This document shows, piece by piece, positions 1 through 15,361 of a stretch of DNA of 64,000 nucleotides. This DNA is from Escherichia coli (GTDB lineage Bacteria > Pseudomonadota > Gammaproteobacteria > Enterobacterales > Enterobacteriaceae): assembly GCF_003991155.1 (NCBI RefSeq), contig NZ_CP031293.1; one strand, given 5' to 3'. Under the pieces are notes generated by a model, which saw only the letters and a list, made by a program, of their open reading frames with translations, was not told the origin of the DNA and ran no database searches. A program made the translations under genes and the position numbers. The first letter of the stretch is position 1, and each line of letters begins with the position of its first letter.

Positions 1-415
1 TCATGTGACCGCTGATAATCAGACGCAGATAATCGACGATAAAATCAAGCATGACGCTATCCGCAAGGATGCGTGGGTAGCTGGCGAAGATCTCGCTCTC
101 ACGGGGATTTTCAATATCACGTTCCAGCGAAAACATCCCCATCTGCCGCGATTTCGCCATCAACCGATAAAGCAGAGCCAGCAGATCCATATACATTGCT
201 TTGGTGTATTTGGAGCGACGAAACAGCAACGGCAGCGCCTTCAGCGTGCCTTTAATCGCTTTGCCATTATTGCCGACGATAAACGACCCAATCCCTGCAC
301 CGGCAATAATCACCAGTTCAGCGGGTTGATAGAGTGCTCCAAGGCTTCCACCGGTCATCAAATAACCGCCGAAAACTGTACCGAGAACAACCAGGTAACC
401 TAATAAGATAAGCAC
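1..415 (-). CDS. motA: Flagellar motor stator protein MotA, N-terminal part; the gene continues beyond the window start
   Basis: Reverse complement of 391-415 reads GTG-CTT-ATC-TTA-TTA-GGT-TAC-CTG (VLILLGYL), the recalled MotA N-terminus; the track ORF 5-403 (+) is its antisense. Synteny with flhC/flhD. Confidence 0.85.
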   Translation of the reverse strand, partial: MLILLGYLVVLGTVFGGYLMTGGSLGALYQPAELVIIAGAGIGSFIVGNNGKAIKGTLKALPLLFRRSKYTKAMYMDLLALLYRLMAKSRQMGMFSLERDIENPRESEIFASYPRILADSVMLDFIVDYLRLIISGHM

Positions 416-482
416 GACATCATCCTTCCACTGTTGACCATGACAGGATGTTCAGTCGTCAGGCGTTAACGCGCGATTGGGG

Positions 483-516
483 CAAAAAAAAGCAGCGGTA
501 CGTCGTTACCGCTGCT
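483..516 (-). terminator. Rho-independent terminator downstream of flhC
   Basis: Perfect 10-bp inverted repeat agcagcggta/taccgctgct (491-516) with a 6-nt loop, followed on the minus strand by a T-run (A-run 484-490 on plus). Confidence 0.6.
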
Positions 517-541
517 GGAATGTTGCGCCACACCGTATAAG

Positions 542-1120
542 TTAAACAGCCTGTACTCTCTGTTCATCCAGCAGTTGTGGGATAATATCGGCAGGATTCT
601 GGGAAAGTTTACGTCTTTTTACTGCCCGGGATGGCGGCTGACATAAGCTGCAGGCAAAGCTGCCAACAGGCTGGTGAGCGTGGGTAATAAAATTGCCGCC
701 GCAGCAGTTGCAGCTGGAAAGTTGCAGTAATCCACTTTCAACAAACCGTACCAATGTCCAGGCACGGGTTAATGCCAGCAGCGGTCCGTCTTCTGCTTGC
801 GGGCACTGTTCAAGGTATAAACGGTAGGCTTTGATCACCGCATCGACGCCATTACACAAGCCGGTTTTCAGTAAAAACTGCCATGCGTTACAGAACATTG
901 AAGCATGAACGTTTTGTTCCCAGGTCATAAACCAGTCGGTTGAGAATGGCAGCATGCCTTTCGGCGGTGGGCTTCCGCGTAGTTCTTTATAGAGTTTTAT
1001 CAGGCGTCCGCGACTTAACTGTGTTTCGCTTTCCAGCATCTGCAAACGAGCGCCCAGGGTGATCAATTCCATTGCCAGCTGAATATCCCGCGCTTCCTGA
1101 ACAATGCTTTTTTCACTCAT
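542..1120 (-). CDS. flhC: Flagellar master regulator subunit FlhC
   Basis: 192-aa ORF matching recalled FlhC, directly downstream of flhD. Confidence 0.95.
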   Translation of the reverse strand: MSEKSIVQEARDIQLAMELITLGARLQMLESETQLSRGRLIKLYKELRGSPPPKGMLPFSTDWFMTWEQNVHASMFCNAWQFLLKTGLCNGVDAVIKAYRLYLEQCPQAEDGPLLALTRAWTLVRFVESGLLQLSSCNCCGGNFITHAHQPVGSFACSLCQPPSRAVKRRKLSQNPADIIPQLLDEQRVQAV

Positions 1121-1122
1121 GA

Positions 1123-1473
1123 TCAGGCCCTTTTCTTGCGCAGCGCTTCTTCAGGCTGATTAACATCATTCAGCAAGCGTGTTGAGAGCATGATGCCGGT
1201 ATGAATTTGCTGGAGATCGTCAACGCGGGAATCTTGCGTCAATTGAGTAATCGTCTGGTGGCTGTCAAAACGGAAGTGACAAACCAGTTGATTGGTTTCT
1301 GCCAGCTTAACCATTTGCGGAAGAGTCAGTGCCGCTAATGTTGTCGCCATTTCTTCATTTATGCCGAGACGAAACATAGCGGACGCTTTGTCCTGAACAA
1401 TCAGACGCTGTGCAAGTAGTAAATATGACAAGTTGATGTCATAAATGTGTTTCAGCAACTCGGAGGTATGCAT
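1123..1473 (-). CDS. flhD: Flagellar master regulator subunit FlhD
   Basis: ORF matches recalled FlhD; start placed at MHTSELL (116 aa), the track ORF begins 3 codons earlier. Confidence 0.9.
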
Positions 1474-1482
1474 TATTCCCAC

Positions 1483-2252
1483 CCAGAATAACCAACTTTA
1501 TTTTTATGCGGTCTCACCGCACCCCGTGATGTCGCCGGGAAGCCCCGGTAAAAAATAATTAGCATTAGAATAGTTGCGATAAGCTGCAATAAGCAGAACC
1601 ACCTTTTTGGTTTAATAAGTCCTTACAAATAGAAAGGGGTCTTTACACTTATCTAAGATTTTTCCTAAATCGACGCAACTGTACTCGTCACTACACGCAC
1701 ATACAACGGAGGGGGGCTGCGATTTTCAATAATGTGTGATGCAGATCACACAAAACACTCAATTACTTAACATAAATGTATAAGTCATACTTTTGTTTTG
1801 GGTGTATTTCAATCTGTTAAAAAGTTTTTCGCAACGCTAGCAAGCAAAAATGAAACAGGAATAATCGAAATGGGATGTTGCGCACAGTTAAAATAACTCA
1901 CCGTAAATAATCATCTGCTATAAATAATCACTTTCATGCAATACCAGATAAGCTATTTTTAAACAGACACTTACCGCACAACAAACTAATTAAATACAAA
2001 GAAAGGCAACAATCAACCTAATGTTAATAAAATGTTTTGCATATATTAACCACTTGTTTAATATGGGGAATCAGTACATTATTTTCTTATAAATACAGTT
2101 GAAATCATATGATAACCAAGAGTGATTGATTAATTGTCTTTACTAATGACCAGACTAATATTTACCTGTTTGACTGAGTTGGGATTGCGTCGTTTCTCCA
2201 TTAGGAGTAAAGCTTTAATGTCACCTGAAGTTCACAGAATAAGGAACAGGTT
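1483..2252. promoter_or_regulatory. Long AT-rich flhDC upstream regulatory region, divergent from uspC
   Basis: About 770 bp with no ORF, AT-rich, between flhD (-) and uspC (+); known from the literature as a heavily regulated region and IS insertion hot spot. Individual binding sites not mapped here. Confidence 0.6.
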
Positions 2253-2681
2253 ATGAGCTATAGCAATATTCTTGTCGCCGTTGCGGTTACACCGGAAAGT
2301 CAGCAACTGCTGGCAAAAGCGGTATCTATCGCCAGGCCAGTAAAGGGACACATCAGTTTAATTACTCTCGCTTCCGACCCGGAAATGTACAATCAATTAG
2401 CCGCGCCGATGCTTGAAGATTTACGCAGCGTGATGCAGGAAGAAACGCAAAGCTTTCTTGATAAGTTAATTCAGGATGCGGGGTATCCCGTTGACGAGAC
2501 GTTTATTGCCTACGGTGAGTTAAGCGAACATATTCTGGAGGTTTGTCGCAAACATCATTTCGATTTGGTGATTTGCGGTAATCACAATCACAGTTTCTTT
2601 TCGCGAGCATCCTGCTCGGCGAAAAGAGTGATTGCCTCTAGTGAGGTCGATGTGCTGTTAGTTCCACTTACGGGAGATTAA
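2253..2681 (+). CDS. uspC: Universal stress protein C
   Basis: 142-aa ORF matching recalled UspC (YecG); synteny. Confidence 0.9.
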   Translation: MSYSNILVAVAVTPESQQLLAKAVSIARPVKGHISLITLASDPEMYNQLAAPMLEDLRSVMQEETQSFLDKLIQDAGYPVDETFIAYGELSEHILEVCRKHHFDLVICGNHNHSFFSRASCSAKRVIASSEVDVLLVPLTGD

Positions 2682-2687
2682 CCGCTC

Positions 2688-6040
<3,353 letters not shown>

Positions 6041-6054
6041 CATACTCTCCTTTC

Positions 6055-7569
6055 TCAGGCAACTGCCTGGCTGACTTTAGGCATCGCAAGGCTCAGTGCC
6101 TGACGCTCATCTGCCTGCTCGTGTAACAATTCACCGGCGATTTCGCCTTCCCGCATCACCACAATCCGGTCGGCAACGCCGAGGACTTCAGGTAAGTCGC
6201 TGGAGGCAAACAGCACCGCCACACCCTGCGCCGCCAGCGCATAAATCACGTTGTAAATTTCATGCTTAGCACCAACATCAATGCCACGCGTAGGTTCATC
6301 CAGCAAAATGACCTTCATCTCTTCCGATAACCAGCGGCCCAGAATGGCTTTTTGCTGATTTCCGCCTGAGAGATTCATGATCAGTTGCTCAGCGCCCGGC
6401 GTTTTGATGTTGAGCGAACGAATGTGGTGATCGGCATTGTTTTCTTCCCAACCGTTGTTGATTACACAACCGCCAAGCACATGTTTACGTCTGGCACTGA
6501 TGTTGATATTGTCGCGAACGGAGTGCACGGGAATAATGCCTTCCGCTTTGCGATCTTCCGGACAGAGCATCATGCCTGCGGCAATGGCGTGGCTCGGTTT
6601 ACGAATATCGATCGGCTGTTGGTCGATATAAACCTGACCGGCGGTGATTTGCGTCCCGCCAAACATGCCTTTCATTAATTCGCTACGCCCTGCCCCGACC
6701 AGACCAAACAGACCGACAATTTCACCACTGCGAACCGCCAGACTTATTGGCGTACGCACGCCTGGTGCTTTCACAGCATCAAGACGCAGCCGCTCCTCGC
6801 CATAACTACGCGGTTGCCAGCCGTAGATATCGCCGATGTCGCGCCCAACCATCGCCTGTACCAGTGCGTCGTGGTCAACCTGCTGCATATCGGTAAAGGT
6901 TTTGACATAACGCCCATCTTTAAAGACAGTGATGGCATCGCTTAGGGCAAATATTTCTTCCATACGGTGAGAAACGTATAAGATCACCCGCCCCTCTTTT
7001 CGCAGTTCACGAATGACGCGAAAAAGATTGTCGATTTCACGGGCAGAGAGGGAGCTGGTTGGCTCATCAAAGGCGATAATTTTGGCATTACGCGCCAGCG
7101 CTTTGGCAATTTCAACCATCTGCCACTGACCAATGGAGAGATATTTCAGCGGCGTGTCCGGGTCAATATCCATACCAAGATGTTTAAGTTGTAAACCCGC
7201 CTCATAATTCAGCAATGAGCGATTCACAATGCCGCCTTTATGCGGCAGCTGGCCGAGATAGATGTTTTCCGCGACGGTCATTTCCGGCACGAGATGCAGT
7301 TCCTGGTAAATAATCGCCACCCCCGCGTTAAGTGCTGCGGTCGTGTCGGAAAAGGACATTTCCTGCCCATTAATCACTACAGAACCCGTGGTTGGCGCAT
7401 AGTTGCCGCTGAGGATTTTTAAGAGAGTTGATTTTCCTGCGCCATTTTCACCCATCAACGCATGAACCTGACCGGCATAGCAATCAAAACTAATATCCGT
7501 CAGCGCCTTAACGCCGGGAAATGTTTTACCGATGCCGCGAAATGAGAGATACGGGGTAGACTGTTGCAT
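6055..7569 (-). CDS. araG: L-arabinose ABC transporter ATP-binding protein (duplicated ABC domains)
   Basis: Two Walker A motifs ([18 protein letters not shown]); start set at [10 protein letters not shown] (504 aa). Confidence 0.9.
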
Positions 7570-7638
7570 AACGTCTCCGTGAATCACTGGTCGTTCACAC
7601 CCCCTCTGCATCATGCAGAGGGGAATTTTTCCGGCAAA

Positions 7639-8628
7639 TTACTTACCGCCTAAACCTTTTTTCTCCAGTTCTTCTTTAAAGTTGTCACGCGTGATCAGTA
7701 CCACGTCGGTAACTTCGGTAAATTTTGGCGGTTCAACGTCTTTTGCTACCCAGTTGTAAAGCATTTCGCTGGATTTATAGCCATGTACGTCCGGGCTTGG
7801 CAGCAGGGAACCGTAGAAGCCGGTTGCCTGTGCCTTAGACAGTTCGCTCACCGCATCCACACCGTTAATACCGATACCGATGATATCGGCCGCTTTAAAG
7901 CCCTGACCTTCCGTCGCGCGTACGCCGCCCAGCACGGTGCTGTCGTTCATACCGACGATCAGCCAATGTTTAACTTCCGGATGTTGAACCAGCATTGAGT
8001 TGGCAGCGTCAAATGCCCCCGGGATGTCGTTAGATTTGGTAGGTACCTGATAAATTTGTTTTTCCGGGAATCCGGCCGCTTTCAGTGCGTCCATAGAACC
8101 CGTTGTACGGCGGCGGGCGGTATCCAGTTCGTTGGCGGTAATCGCCATCACCGCGCTTTCTTTGACATCCCAGCCACGTTTCTGCATCTCTTTATACAGT
8201 TCCTGGCCCTGACGTTCGCCAATTTTAGTCGCCGCCATCATCACCAGAGGAACGGTATCCATTGGCTTACCTTTGGCGTTAACAAACTGGTCATCCACGG
8301 CAATGACTTTCATATCGTAGCCACGCGCTTTCGCGACGATGGCAGAGCCGAGTTTGGGGTCCGGAGTACAAATAACGAAACCTTTTGCGCCACTGGCTGC
8401 CAGGCTGTCGATCGCGTTCAATGTTTTTTCGCCATCCGGCACGGCAATCTTAATAACCTCAAACCCTAAATCCTTCCCGGCTTTATCGGCAAACTTCCAT
8501 TCGGTCTGGAACCACGGCTCTTCCGGTTGCTTCACCAGGAAACCGAGCTTCAGGTTCTCCGCCATAGCGGATTGTGACATAACGGCTGCCAGACCAATGG
8601 CTGCCAGGGCTTTAGTAAATTTGTGCAT
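7639..8628 (-). CDS. araF: L-arabinose periplasmic binding protein
   Basis: ORF matches recalled AraF; start set at MHKFTKALAAIG with signal peptide (329 aa). Confidence 0.9.
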   Translation of the reverse strand: MHKFTKALAAIGLAAVMSQSAMAENLKLGFLVKQPEEPWFQTEWKFADKAGKDLGFEVIKIAVPDGEKTLNAIDSLAASGAKGFVICTPDPKLGSAIVAKARGYDMKVIAVDDQFVNAKGKPMDTVPLVMMAATKIGERQGQELYKEMQKRGWDVKESAVMAITANELDTARRRTTGSMDALKAAGFPEKQIYQVPTKSNDIPGAFDAANSMLVQHPEVKHWLIVGMNDSTVLGGVRATEGQGFKAADIIGIGINGVDAVSELSKAQATGFYGSLLPSPDVHGYKSSEMLYNWVAKDVEPPKFTEVTDVVLITRDNFKEELEKKGLGGK

Positions 8629-9423
8629 GGTTCTCTCCAGCTTTAGTGTCGTTTTGTGTAGGGCAAAAACGAATGACATTCGTTAAATTAATCGGAAAAC
8701 AAAGCATTACCTTTTAACTAAAAGATAAGTGACTGTGTTGACATAGTTTTAGCGAGAAATTAATTCTCCATAGGAGAGCAATATCACATCGCAGAATTAC
8801 AGTGAGAACGTGCATAAATTTAGCGGGAAAAGACATAAGGAAAAGCCAATTTGTCTGACAAATTGTCTAGTGCACAGCAGATTAATCCATAAGATTAGCC
8901 TGGAAATCCTTGTTGTCTTTGGTACCCAGCGGGATGTCTTTTTTTTAACCAGTCAATAGGCCACATTACCTGGCGTTGAGTTTTTGCAATGGTGTAATAA
9001 CCGCAACTCAAAGATGTGGAAAAAGCGCGTCATTCATTTCGCCATTAATTATCACCGTGTTCATTAATTAACAGAACACGTATACTGAGAGCCATATCGC
9101 AAAAATGAAAAAACGTTTTAAAAAATCATTGCTTCATCATGAATTCAAATTCACCGATTAATATCAACAAGATACAAAAAGCACTATCATTAAAATTCAT
9201 TGCAGTTACATTGATTTCATCAATGAAATGTAAAAATATATAAACTTGATGATTTAAGCATTTTCTTATACCCGTTCAGACGTTATTCTTATTTCAGATC
9301 ATCGTCAGAATTGACTCCACGATCACATTTCGGACCGGCAGAAAGGAATTATTCTGCAAACAGTAATTATGGTGTTTTGATTTATCTTGCACCTCTCCAC
9401 TTCTGGATATAAGGATATTAGGT

Positions 9424-9927
9424 ATGGCAACCGCTGGAATGCTTCTCAAACTCAACTCTCAAATGAACCGCGAGTTTTACGCATCCAATCTCTACCTTCA
9501 CCTGAGTAACTGGTGTTCTGAACAGAGTCTGAACGGCACCGCCACTTTCCTTCGCGCCCAGGCACAGAGTAATGTGACCCAAATGATGCGCATGTTTAAC
9601 TTTATGAAGAGTGTCGGCGCTACTCCCATCGTTAAAGCCATTGATGTTCCCGGTGAAAAACTGAACTCACTGGAAGAACTTTTCCAAAAAACGATGGAAG
9701 AATACGAGCAACGTTCAAGCACGCTGGCACAGTTAGCCGATGAAGCTAAAGAACTGAATGATGATTCAACCGTCAATTTCCTGCGCGATCTGGAAAAAGA
9801 ACAGCAGCATGATGGCCTGTTGCTGCAAACCATTCTTGATGAAGTGCGCAGTGCGAAACTTGCTGGTATGTGCCCTGTGCAGACCGACCAACATGTTCTG
9901 AATGTCGTGTCGCATCAGCTGCATTGA
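9424..9927 (+). CDS. ftnB: Ferritin-like protein FtnB
   Basis: 167-aa ferritin-like ORF; synteny between araF and yecJ. Confidence 0.85.
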   Translation: MATAGMLLKLNSQMNREFYASNLYLHLSNWCSEQSLNGTATFLRAQAQSNVTQMMRMFNFMKSVGATPIVKAIDVPGEKLNSLEELFQKTMEEYEQRSSTLAQLADEAKELNDDSTVNFLRDLEKEQQHDGLLLQTILDEVRSAKLAGMCPVQTDQHVLNVVSHQLH

Positions 9928-9970
9928 TCGTCATCGGCGCTAATGCAATTGCGCCGAAGAAGTTTTTGAG

Positions 9971-10008
9971 AAACCGCTGCCTCATCTTTTTGAAGCAGCG
10001 GTTTTTTA
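9971..10008. terminator. Probable bidirectional terminator between ftnB and yecJ
   Basis: Inverted repeat aaaccgctgc/gcagcggttt flanked by an A-run and a T-run. Confidence 0.5.
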
Positions 10009-10257
10009 ATGGGATTCGCCCTGTGGGGTAAACTTGAGTTCAATCAGCGCGATGGCTTTTTGGATTGCCCGCATGGTGACCGGGTCTGCGGCGGCGGGAT
10101 GGTGAGTAAAGTCGATATTCTTCAGCTGGCTGGACATTTTTTCGCGAACTTCAACGGGCGCGATTACATCCAGAACGTCGAGAATTTGTTTGATAACCAA
10201 CTGGCAAGCAACCACATCAGAAACCAGTTCCTGATCGGCATTCAGCGGCTGGGACAT
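10006..10257 (-). CDS. yecJ: Small conserved protein YecJ (DUF2766 family)
   Basis: 83-aa ORF; synteny. Confidence 0.8.
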   Translation of the reverse strand: MSQPLNADQELVSDVVACQLVIKQILDVLDVIAPVEVREKMSSQLKNIDFTHHPAAADPVTMRAIQKAIALIELKFTPQGESH

Positions 10258-10341
10258 CGTAAACTCCTGATAGCATTTTGAAAGCCGTTATAGTAGCGGC
10301 TTCACATCTTCAGCGATAGTCACATCCACCGTCATCAGGAC

Positions 10342-10366
10342 ACAAAAAAACCTGCCGGAGCAGGTT
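10342..10366 (-). terminator. Rho-independent terminator downstream of azuC
   Basis: Hairpin aacctgc-cgga-gcaggtt followed on the minus strand by a T-run. Confidence 0.6.
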
Positions 10367-10371
10367 TTTTG

Positions 10372-10458
10372 TTATCGGAACATATTGCCTGGCGGTACGT
10401 CTTTGAACGTCTTGCAATAGTTATTGAACATACTTTTCAGGATTTTGCGCAGTTTCAT
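10372..10458 (-). CDS. azuC: 28-aa small membrane-associated protein AzuC (IsrB locus)
   Basis: Reverse complement encodes MKLRKILKSMFNNYCKTFKDVPPGNMFR plus stop, matching the recalled AzuC peptide; lies between yecJ and yecR as in K-12. Confidence 0.75.
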   Translation of the reverse strand: MKLRKILKSMFNNYCKTFKDVPPGNMFR

Positions 10459-10720
10459 CGCGGCACTCCGACCATTTGTTATACAGGTGTTATTGTCTTT
10501 GCACTTATAATATGACAGCCATCACAAAAATCAATCTTTATGTGATGCAAATCACATAAATACCCCTTTAATGTTATAAAAATGATAATCAAAAAGCAGC
10601 CCCCCCATTTCTGACACCTACAGATGGCAAGAAATAGCGCCTGCCAGGCGTCTTTTTCGGCCATTGTCGCAGCGCTGTAACACGTAAAATAGTGCTTTCT
10701 CTTACTCTTCTGGCTGGACC

Positions 10721-11044
10721 ATGAGACTTCTGATTCTGACTCTTTCATTAATAACGCTGGCGGGGTGTACGGTTACTCGCCAGGCTCATGTGGGCGAAGT
10801 TGACACGGCAACAGGTATTGTTCGGTTGGTTTATGATCAGGCTTTTTTGCAGCATGCCCGTACCGATCGTTATGTCAGTCGCGGGATCGCCGATCGCGCA
10901 TGCCAGCAGGAAGGCTATACCCACGCTATCCCCTTTGGTCAGCCAGTAGGCAACTGTAGCCTTTTTGCGGGTTCCTTATGTTTGAATACGGAATTCACTT
11001 TGTCATATCAGTGCCATCATTCCGCCTTCCCTGTCTTTCTCTAA
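10721..11044 (+). CDS. yecR: Lipoprotein YecR
   Basis: 107-aa ORF with lipoprotein signal (LAGC); synteny. Confidence 0.85.
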   Translation: MRLLILTLSLITLAGCTVTRQAHVGEVDTATGIVRLVYDQAFLQHARTDRYVSRGIADRACQQEGYTHAIPFGQPVGNCSLFAGSLCLNTEFTLSYQCHHSAFPVFL

Positions 11045-11215
11045 ATGTTTTAATCAGCGAGGGGGATCTTCGCTGATTAAATAAATAGCGGTAATGCGTT
11101 TTATTCCCATTCGTATTTTTAATAATTGAAGTTTATATTTTACCTTTTGCAAATAATAAAATAACAAATTATAGTGACGCCACAGCAACAAATATAACCT
11201 TTGTGGAGCACTATC

Positions 11216-11713
11216 ATGCTGAAACCAGAAATGATTGAAAAACTTAATGAGCAGATGAACCTGGAACTGTACTCTTCACTGCTTTATCAGCAAATGAGCG
11301 CCTGGTGCAGCTATCATACCTTCGAAGGTGCTGCCGCGTTCCTGCGCCGCCACGCCCAGGAAGAGATGACGCATATGCAGCGTCTGTTTGATTATCTGAC
11401 TGATACCGGCAACTTACCGCGTATTAATACCGTTGAATCTCCGTTTGCTGAATATTCCTCACTTGATGAATTATTCCAGGAAACCTATAAACACGAACAA
11501 TTAATCACGCAGAAAATTAACGAACTGGCTCATGCTGCGATGACCAATCAGGACTACCCAACATTTAATTTCCTGCAATGGTATGTTTCTGAGCAGCATG
11601 AAGAAGAGAAACTGTTCAAATCGATTATTGATAAATTAAGCCTGGCAGGCAAAAGCGGCGAAGGTCTGTATTTTATCGACAAAGAACTCTCTACCCTCGA
11701 CACACAAAACTAA
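11216..11713 (+). CDS. ftnA: Ferritin FtnA
   Basis: ORF matches recalled FtnA from [13 protein letters not shown] (165 aa). Confidence 0.95.
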
Positions 11714-11750
11714 TGTTCTCCGGCGGCAGGTTTACTGCCGCCGTTTCAAA

Positions 11751-11990
11751 TCAGTGACGGCAAATCTTACTCTGATCGGTCGAAAAACCTTCTTCCGAAG
11801 GTATAAATTTGCCTTTTGCTGCCAGAAACGCTACCAGCTCTCCCGCTGTCATCCCTTCTGCCGAGCAGGTGTGAAAACGTGCCTGTTCACCAAAACGCGC
11901 TTTAATCGCAGCTTCCAGACTGGCATGCGTATATTGCTCGCCTGATTCAATCATCATATTTAACACTTCGTGACCGTGAATAGAGTCCAT
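11751..11990 (-). CDS. yecH: DUF2492 protein YecH
   Basis: 79-aa ORF; synteny downstream of ftnA. Confidence 0.8.
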   Translation of the reverse strand: MDSIHGHEVLNMMIESGEQYTHASLEAAIKARFGEQARFHTCSAEGMTAGELVAFLAAKGKFIPSEEGFSTDQSKICRH

Positions 11991-12179
11991 CGTTCCTCCT
12001 TAAAAAGGCCTAGCGTCGCGATTGCCGCTTACCAAGACTTTGCGCCAGCGCAGGACTGAACGCATTTTATTGTACATTTATATTTACACCACATGTAACG
12101 CCGGTTTGACGAACCAGCCGTTATGCCTTAACCTGCGCCGCAGATATCACTCATAAAGATCGTCAGGACAGAAGAAAGC

Positions 12180-13391
12180 GTGAAAAACAGAACTCTGGGA
12201 AGTGTTTTTATCGTGGCGGGAACCACAATTGGCGCAGGCATGCTGGCAATGCCGCTGGCTGCGGCAGGTGTTGGTTTTAGCGTCACGTTAATCTTGTTGA
12301 TTGGGCTTTGGGCGTTGATGTGCTACACGGCGCTATTACTGCTGGAGGTGTACCAGCATGTCCCGGCAGATACCGGCCTGGGCACGCTGGCAAAACGCTA
12401 TCTGGGACGCTACGGTCAGTGGCTGACGGGCTTCAGTATGATGTTCTTAATGTATGCTCTAACTGCGGCATACATCAGCGGTGCCGGTGAATTGTTGGCC
12501 TCCAGCATCAGCGACTGGACAGGTATTTCAATGTCGGCAACCGCTGGCGTGCTGTTGTTCACTTTTGTTGCCGGTGGCGTGGTTTGTGTCGGGACATCGC
12601 TGGTCGATTTGTTTAACCGTTTTCTGTTCAGCGCCAAGATTATTTTTCTGGTGGTAATGCTGGTACTACTGCTGCCGCATATTCACAAAGTGAATCTTTT
12701 AACCCTGCCGTTGCAACAGGGGCTGGCTCTGTCAGCAATCCCGGTGATTTTTACCTCATTTGGTTTTCACGGTAGCGTGCCGAGTATTGTCAGCTATATG
12801 GATGGCAACGTTCGTAAGCTACGCTGGGTGTTTATAACCGGTAGTGCGATCCCCCTGGTGGCATATATTTTCTGGCAGGTGGCAACGCTTGGCAGCATTG
12901 ATTCAACAACCTTTATGGGATTGCTGGCTAATCATGCTGGATTAAACGGGCTGTTACAGGCGTTACGCGAAATGGTGGCCTCTCCGCATGTTGAGCTGGC
13001 AGTGCATTTATTTGCTGATTTAGCCCTCGCCACGTCATTTCTCGGCGTTGCGTTAGGCTTATTTGATTATCTGGCTGATTTATTTCAGCGTTCAAATACC
13101 GTTGGTGGACGGTTGCAAACTGGTGCAATTACCTTTCTGCCGCCGTTGGCGTTTGCACTGTTTTATCCACGAGGATTTGTGATGGCGCTGGGTTACGCCG
13201 GTGTGGCGCTGGCGGTACTGGCATTGATTATCCCTTCGCTGTTGACCTGGCAAAGCAGGAAGCACAATCCTCAGGCGGGTTACCGGGTGAAAGGTGGTCG
13301 TCCGGCGCTGGTGGTGGTGTTTCTCTGTGGTATTGCTGTGATTGGCGTGCAATTTTTGATTGCGGCAGGCTTGTTACCAGAAGTGGGGTGA
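12180..13391 (+). CDS. tyrP: Tyrosine-specific transporter
   Basis: 403-aa polytopic permease matching recalled TyrP; GTG start. Confidence 0.95.
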   Translation: MKNRTLGSVFIVAGTTIGAGMLAMPLAAAGVGFSVTLILLIGLWALMCYTALLLLEVYQHVPADTGLGTLAKRYLGRYGQWLTGFSMMFLMYALTAAYISGAGELLASSISDWTGISMSATAGVLLFTFVAGGVVCVGTSLVDLFNRFLFSAKIIFLVVMLVLLLPHIHKVNLLTLPLQQGLALSAIPVIFTSFGFHGSVPSIVSYMDGNVRKLRWVFITGSAIPLVAYIFWQVATLGSIDSTTFMGLLANHAGLNGLLQALREMVASPHVELAVHLFADLALATSFLGVALGLFDYLADLFQRSNTVGGRLQTGAITFLPPLAFALFYPRGFVMALGYAGVALAVLALIIPSLLTWQSRKHNPQAGYRVKGGRPALVVVFLCGIAVIGVQFLIAAGLLPEVG

Positions 13392-13441
13392 TTAGATTCT
13401 TATTGGGTGCCAGAATTAACGCTGACACCCAATGTGACCTC

Positions 13442-14107
13442 TTAATGCAGGCAGCACTGCTTAAATTTCTTACCACTGCCACACGGACAAGGATCGTTAC
13501 GCCCCGGTTTCTCTTCTGCTTTGATCGGTTGCTGAACAGCTTTTTCCTGCGGATGCGCCATCCAGTATGCATGTAAATCAAGCGCCGCCAGCCGAATAGC
13601 ATCTACGCTCTCTTCAAACGCTTCTGGCGACATCTTCTCTACCCGCTCGAAGTTTTCCTCAGTACCGTGCAGCGCAATCGCATCCAGCGCTGGTTTTAAC
13701 GAATCGGGCAACGTTGACCAGTCAGAAAGTGCCACGCCCCGCATATAGCCAAAGCACCACTCCTCAACAATCGTCAGCTCGCTGCCATCGACTTCTCGCA
13801 AGCCGAATAACGGCTCAAACTGCTCCGGGAATTCGTTCAGACGCTCTGCGGTATCGGCCATATGCTGAAAAGCCAGGTTCATAAAGCGCGTCATCTCTTT
13901 CTCTGACGCCCAGCGCGGCACATAGTCAGCCCCACCCCACACGGCAACCAGCCACTGTGCCGGTTCAATCTCTTGCGGAGAACTCAACACCGCCGTCAAT
14001 AAACCGTCCAGCTCCGCCACATCAAGAATGGCGTGGTCAGTGTTGTATTTGGTCAGAATATCGTCCAGCCATTCCAACTCACTTTCGTTTAACGGTCCCG
14101 TTTTCAT
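13442..14107 (-). CDS. yecA: UPF0149 / SEC-C metal-binding motif protein YecA
   Basis: 221-aa ORF ending in [13 protein letters not shown] (SEC-C motif); synteny. Confidence 0.9.
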   Translation of the reverse strand: MKTGPLNESELEWLDDILTKYNTDHAILDVAELDGLLTAVLSSPQEIEPAQWLVAVWGGADYVPRWASEKEMTRFMNLAFQHMADTAERLNEFPEQFEPLFGLREVDGSELTIVEEWCFGYMRGVALSDWSTLPDSLKPALDAIALHGTEENFERVEKMSPEAFEESVDAIRLAALDLHAYWMAHPQEKAVQQPIKAEEKPGRNDPCPCGSGKKFKQCCLH

Positions 14108-14231
14108 ACGCTTTTCCTTGTGGATCTCAACTCGCCAGCACCTATCTTACATGCCGGTCCGTATCAGAGATACTTTTTGAGTGGCTTTGCCGGTGATTAA
14201 AAATTAAGGAGGGTGTAACGACAAGTTGCAG

Positions 14232-14259
14232 GCACAAAAAAACCACCCGAAGGTGGTTT
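14232..14259 (-). terminator. Rho-independent terminator of the glyW-cysT-leuZ tRNA operon
   Basis: Hairpin aaaccacc-cgaa-ggtggttt followed on the minus strand by a T-run, immediately downstream of leuZ. Confidence 0.65.
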
Positions 14260-14302
14260 CACGACACTGCTTATTGCTTTGATTTTATTCTTATCTTTCC
14301 CA

Positions 14303-14389
14303 TGGTACCCGGAGCGGGACTTGAACCCGCACAGCGCGAACGCCGAGGGATTTTAAATCCCTTGTGTCTACCGATTCCACCATCCGGGC
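14303..14389 (-). tRNA. leuZ: tRNA-Leu (anticodon UAA)
   Basis: Reverse complement matches the recalled 87-nt tRNA-Leu with CCA end; anticodon loop region reads TTTAAAATCCC on plus. Confidence 0.9.
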
Positions 14390-14401
14390 TCGGGAAAAAA
14401 G

Positions 14402-14475
14402 TGGAGGCGCGTTCCGGAGTCGAACCGGACTAGACGGATTTGCAATCCGCTACATAACCGCTTTGTTAACGCGCC
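14402..14475 (-). tRNA. cysT: tRNA-Cys (anticodon GCA)
   Basis: Reverse complement matches the recalled 74-nt tRNA-Cys with CCA end. Confidence 0.9.
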
Positions 14476-14529
14476 AAATTCTTCAGGCCTTTCAGCCAGA
14501 CATCCGCTTGACGCCGATGTCTTTTAAAC

Positions 14530-14605
<76 letters not shown>

Positions 14606-14756
14606 ATTCATCAAGCAATCAGTTAATCACTTGATTTTATTATCGTCTGGCAATCAGTGCCGCCGTTCGATGCGTTGCATTCTACTTACCTGGCGCGATG
14701 AGTCAACGATATTTTTCACCACTTTTGATCGTTTGCTGAAAATTGCGCCGAAACGA

Positions 14757-15305
14757 TCACTGATCAAGCAAATCTGCACGCGCAGCGCTCAAATATTGCA
14801 ACATTGACCACAGAGTCAGTACCGCAGCCACAAAGAAAAGTGCAATACCGGCGTACTCAACCCAAATGTTCGGACGCCACAGCAGCCAGGCCAGCGCCAC
14901 CATCTGGGCAGTTGTTTTCACTTTCCCAATCCAGGAGACAGCCACGCTACTGCGTTTACCCAACTCCGCCATCCATTCGCGTAGCGCAGAAATAATAATT
15001 TCACGGGCGATCATCGTTGCCGCCGGTAAGGTCACCCACCAGCTGTGATAATGCTCGGTTACCAGCACCATGGCGATAGCCACGAGAACTTTATCTGCGA
15101 CAGGGTCAAGGAAAGCACCAAACCGGGTACTCTGGTTCCAGCGGCGTGCCAGAAAACCATCGAACCAGTCAGTCACCGCCGCGACGCAGAAAATGAGCGC
15201 GGCGGCAAACGGCGACCAGGTGACAGGCAGATAAAAGACCAATACAAAGAATGGGATAAGGATGACACGGAACAGTGTAAGCAACGTAGGGATATTAAAT
15301 TGCAT
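14757..15305 (-). CDS. pgsA: CDP-diacylglycerol--glycerol-3-phosphate 3-phosphatidyltransferase
   Basis: 182-aa ORF with CDP-alcohol phosphotransferase features; synteny uvrC-pgsA-tRNAs. Confidence 0.95.
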
Positions 15306-15361
15306 AATGACGGGTAACTATCTGTTGTCAGTAAGATTACCCCTATGTTGCTACAGAGACA

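Noticed and set aside
5-403. 132-aa ORF on the plus strand at the window start
   Set aside because: It is antisense to the N-terminal part of motA, whose reverse-complement translation matches MotA; treated as a spurious antisense ORF.
9105-9161. 18-codon micro-ORF (MKKRFKKSLLHHEFKFTD) in the araF-ftnB intergenic region
   Set aside because: No Shine-Dalgarno sequence upstream and no supporting context; AT-rich DNA produces such frames by chance. Ribosome profiling could revisit this.
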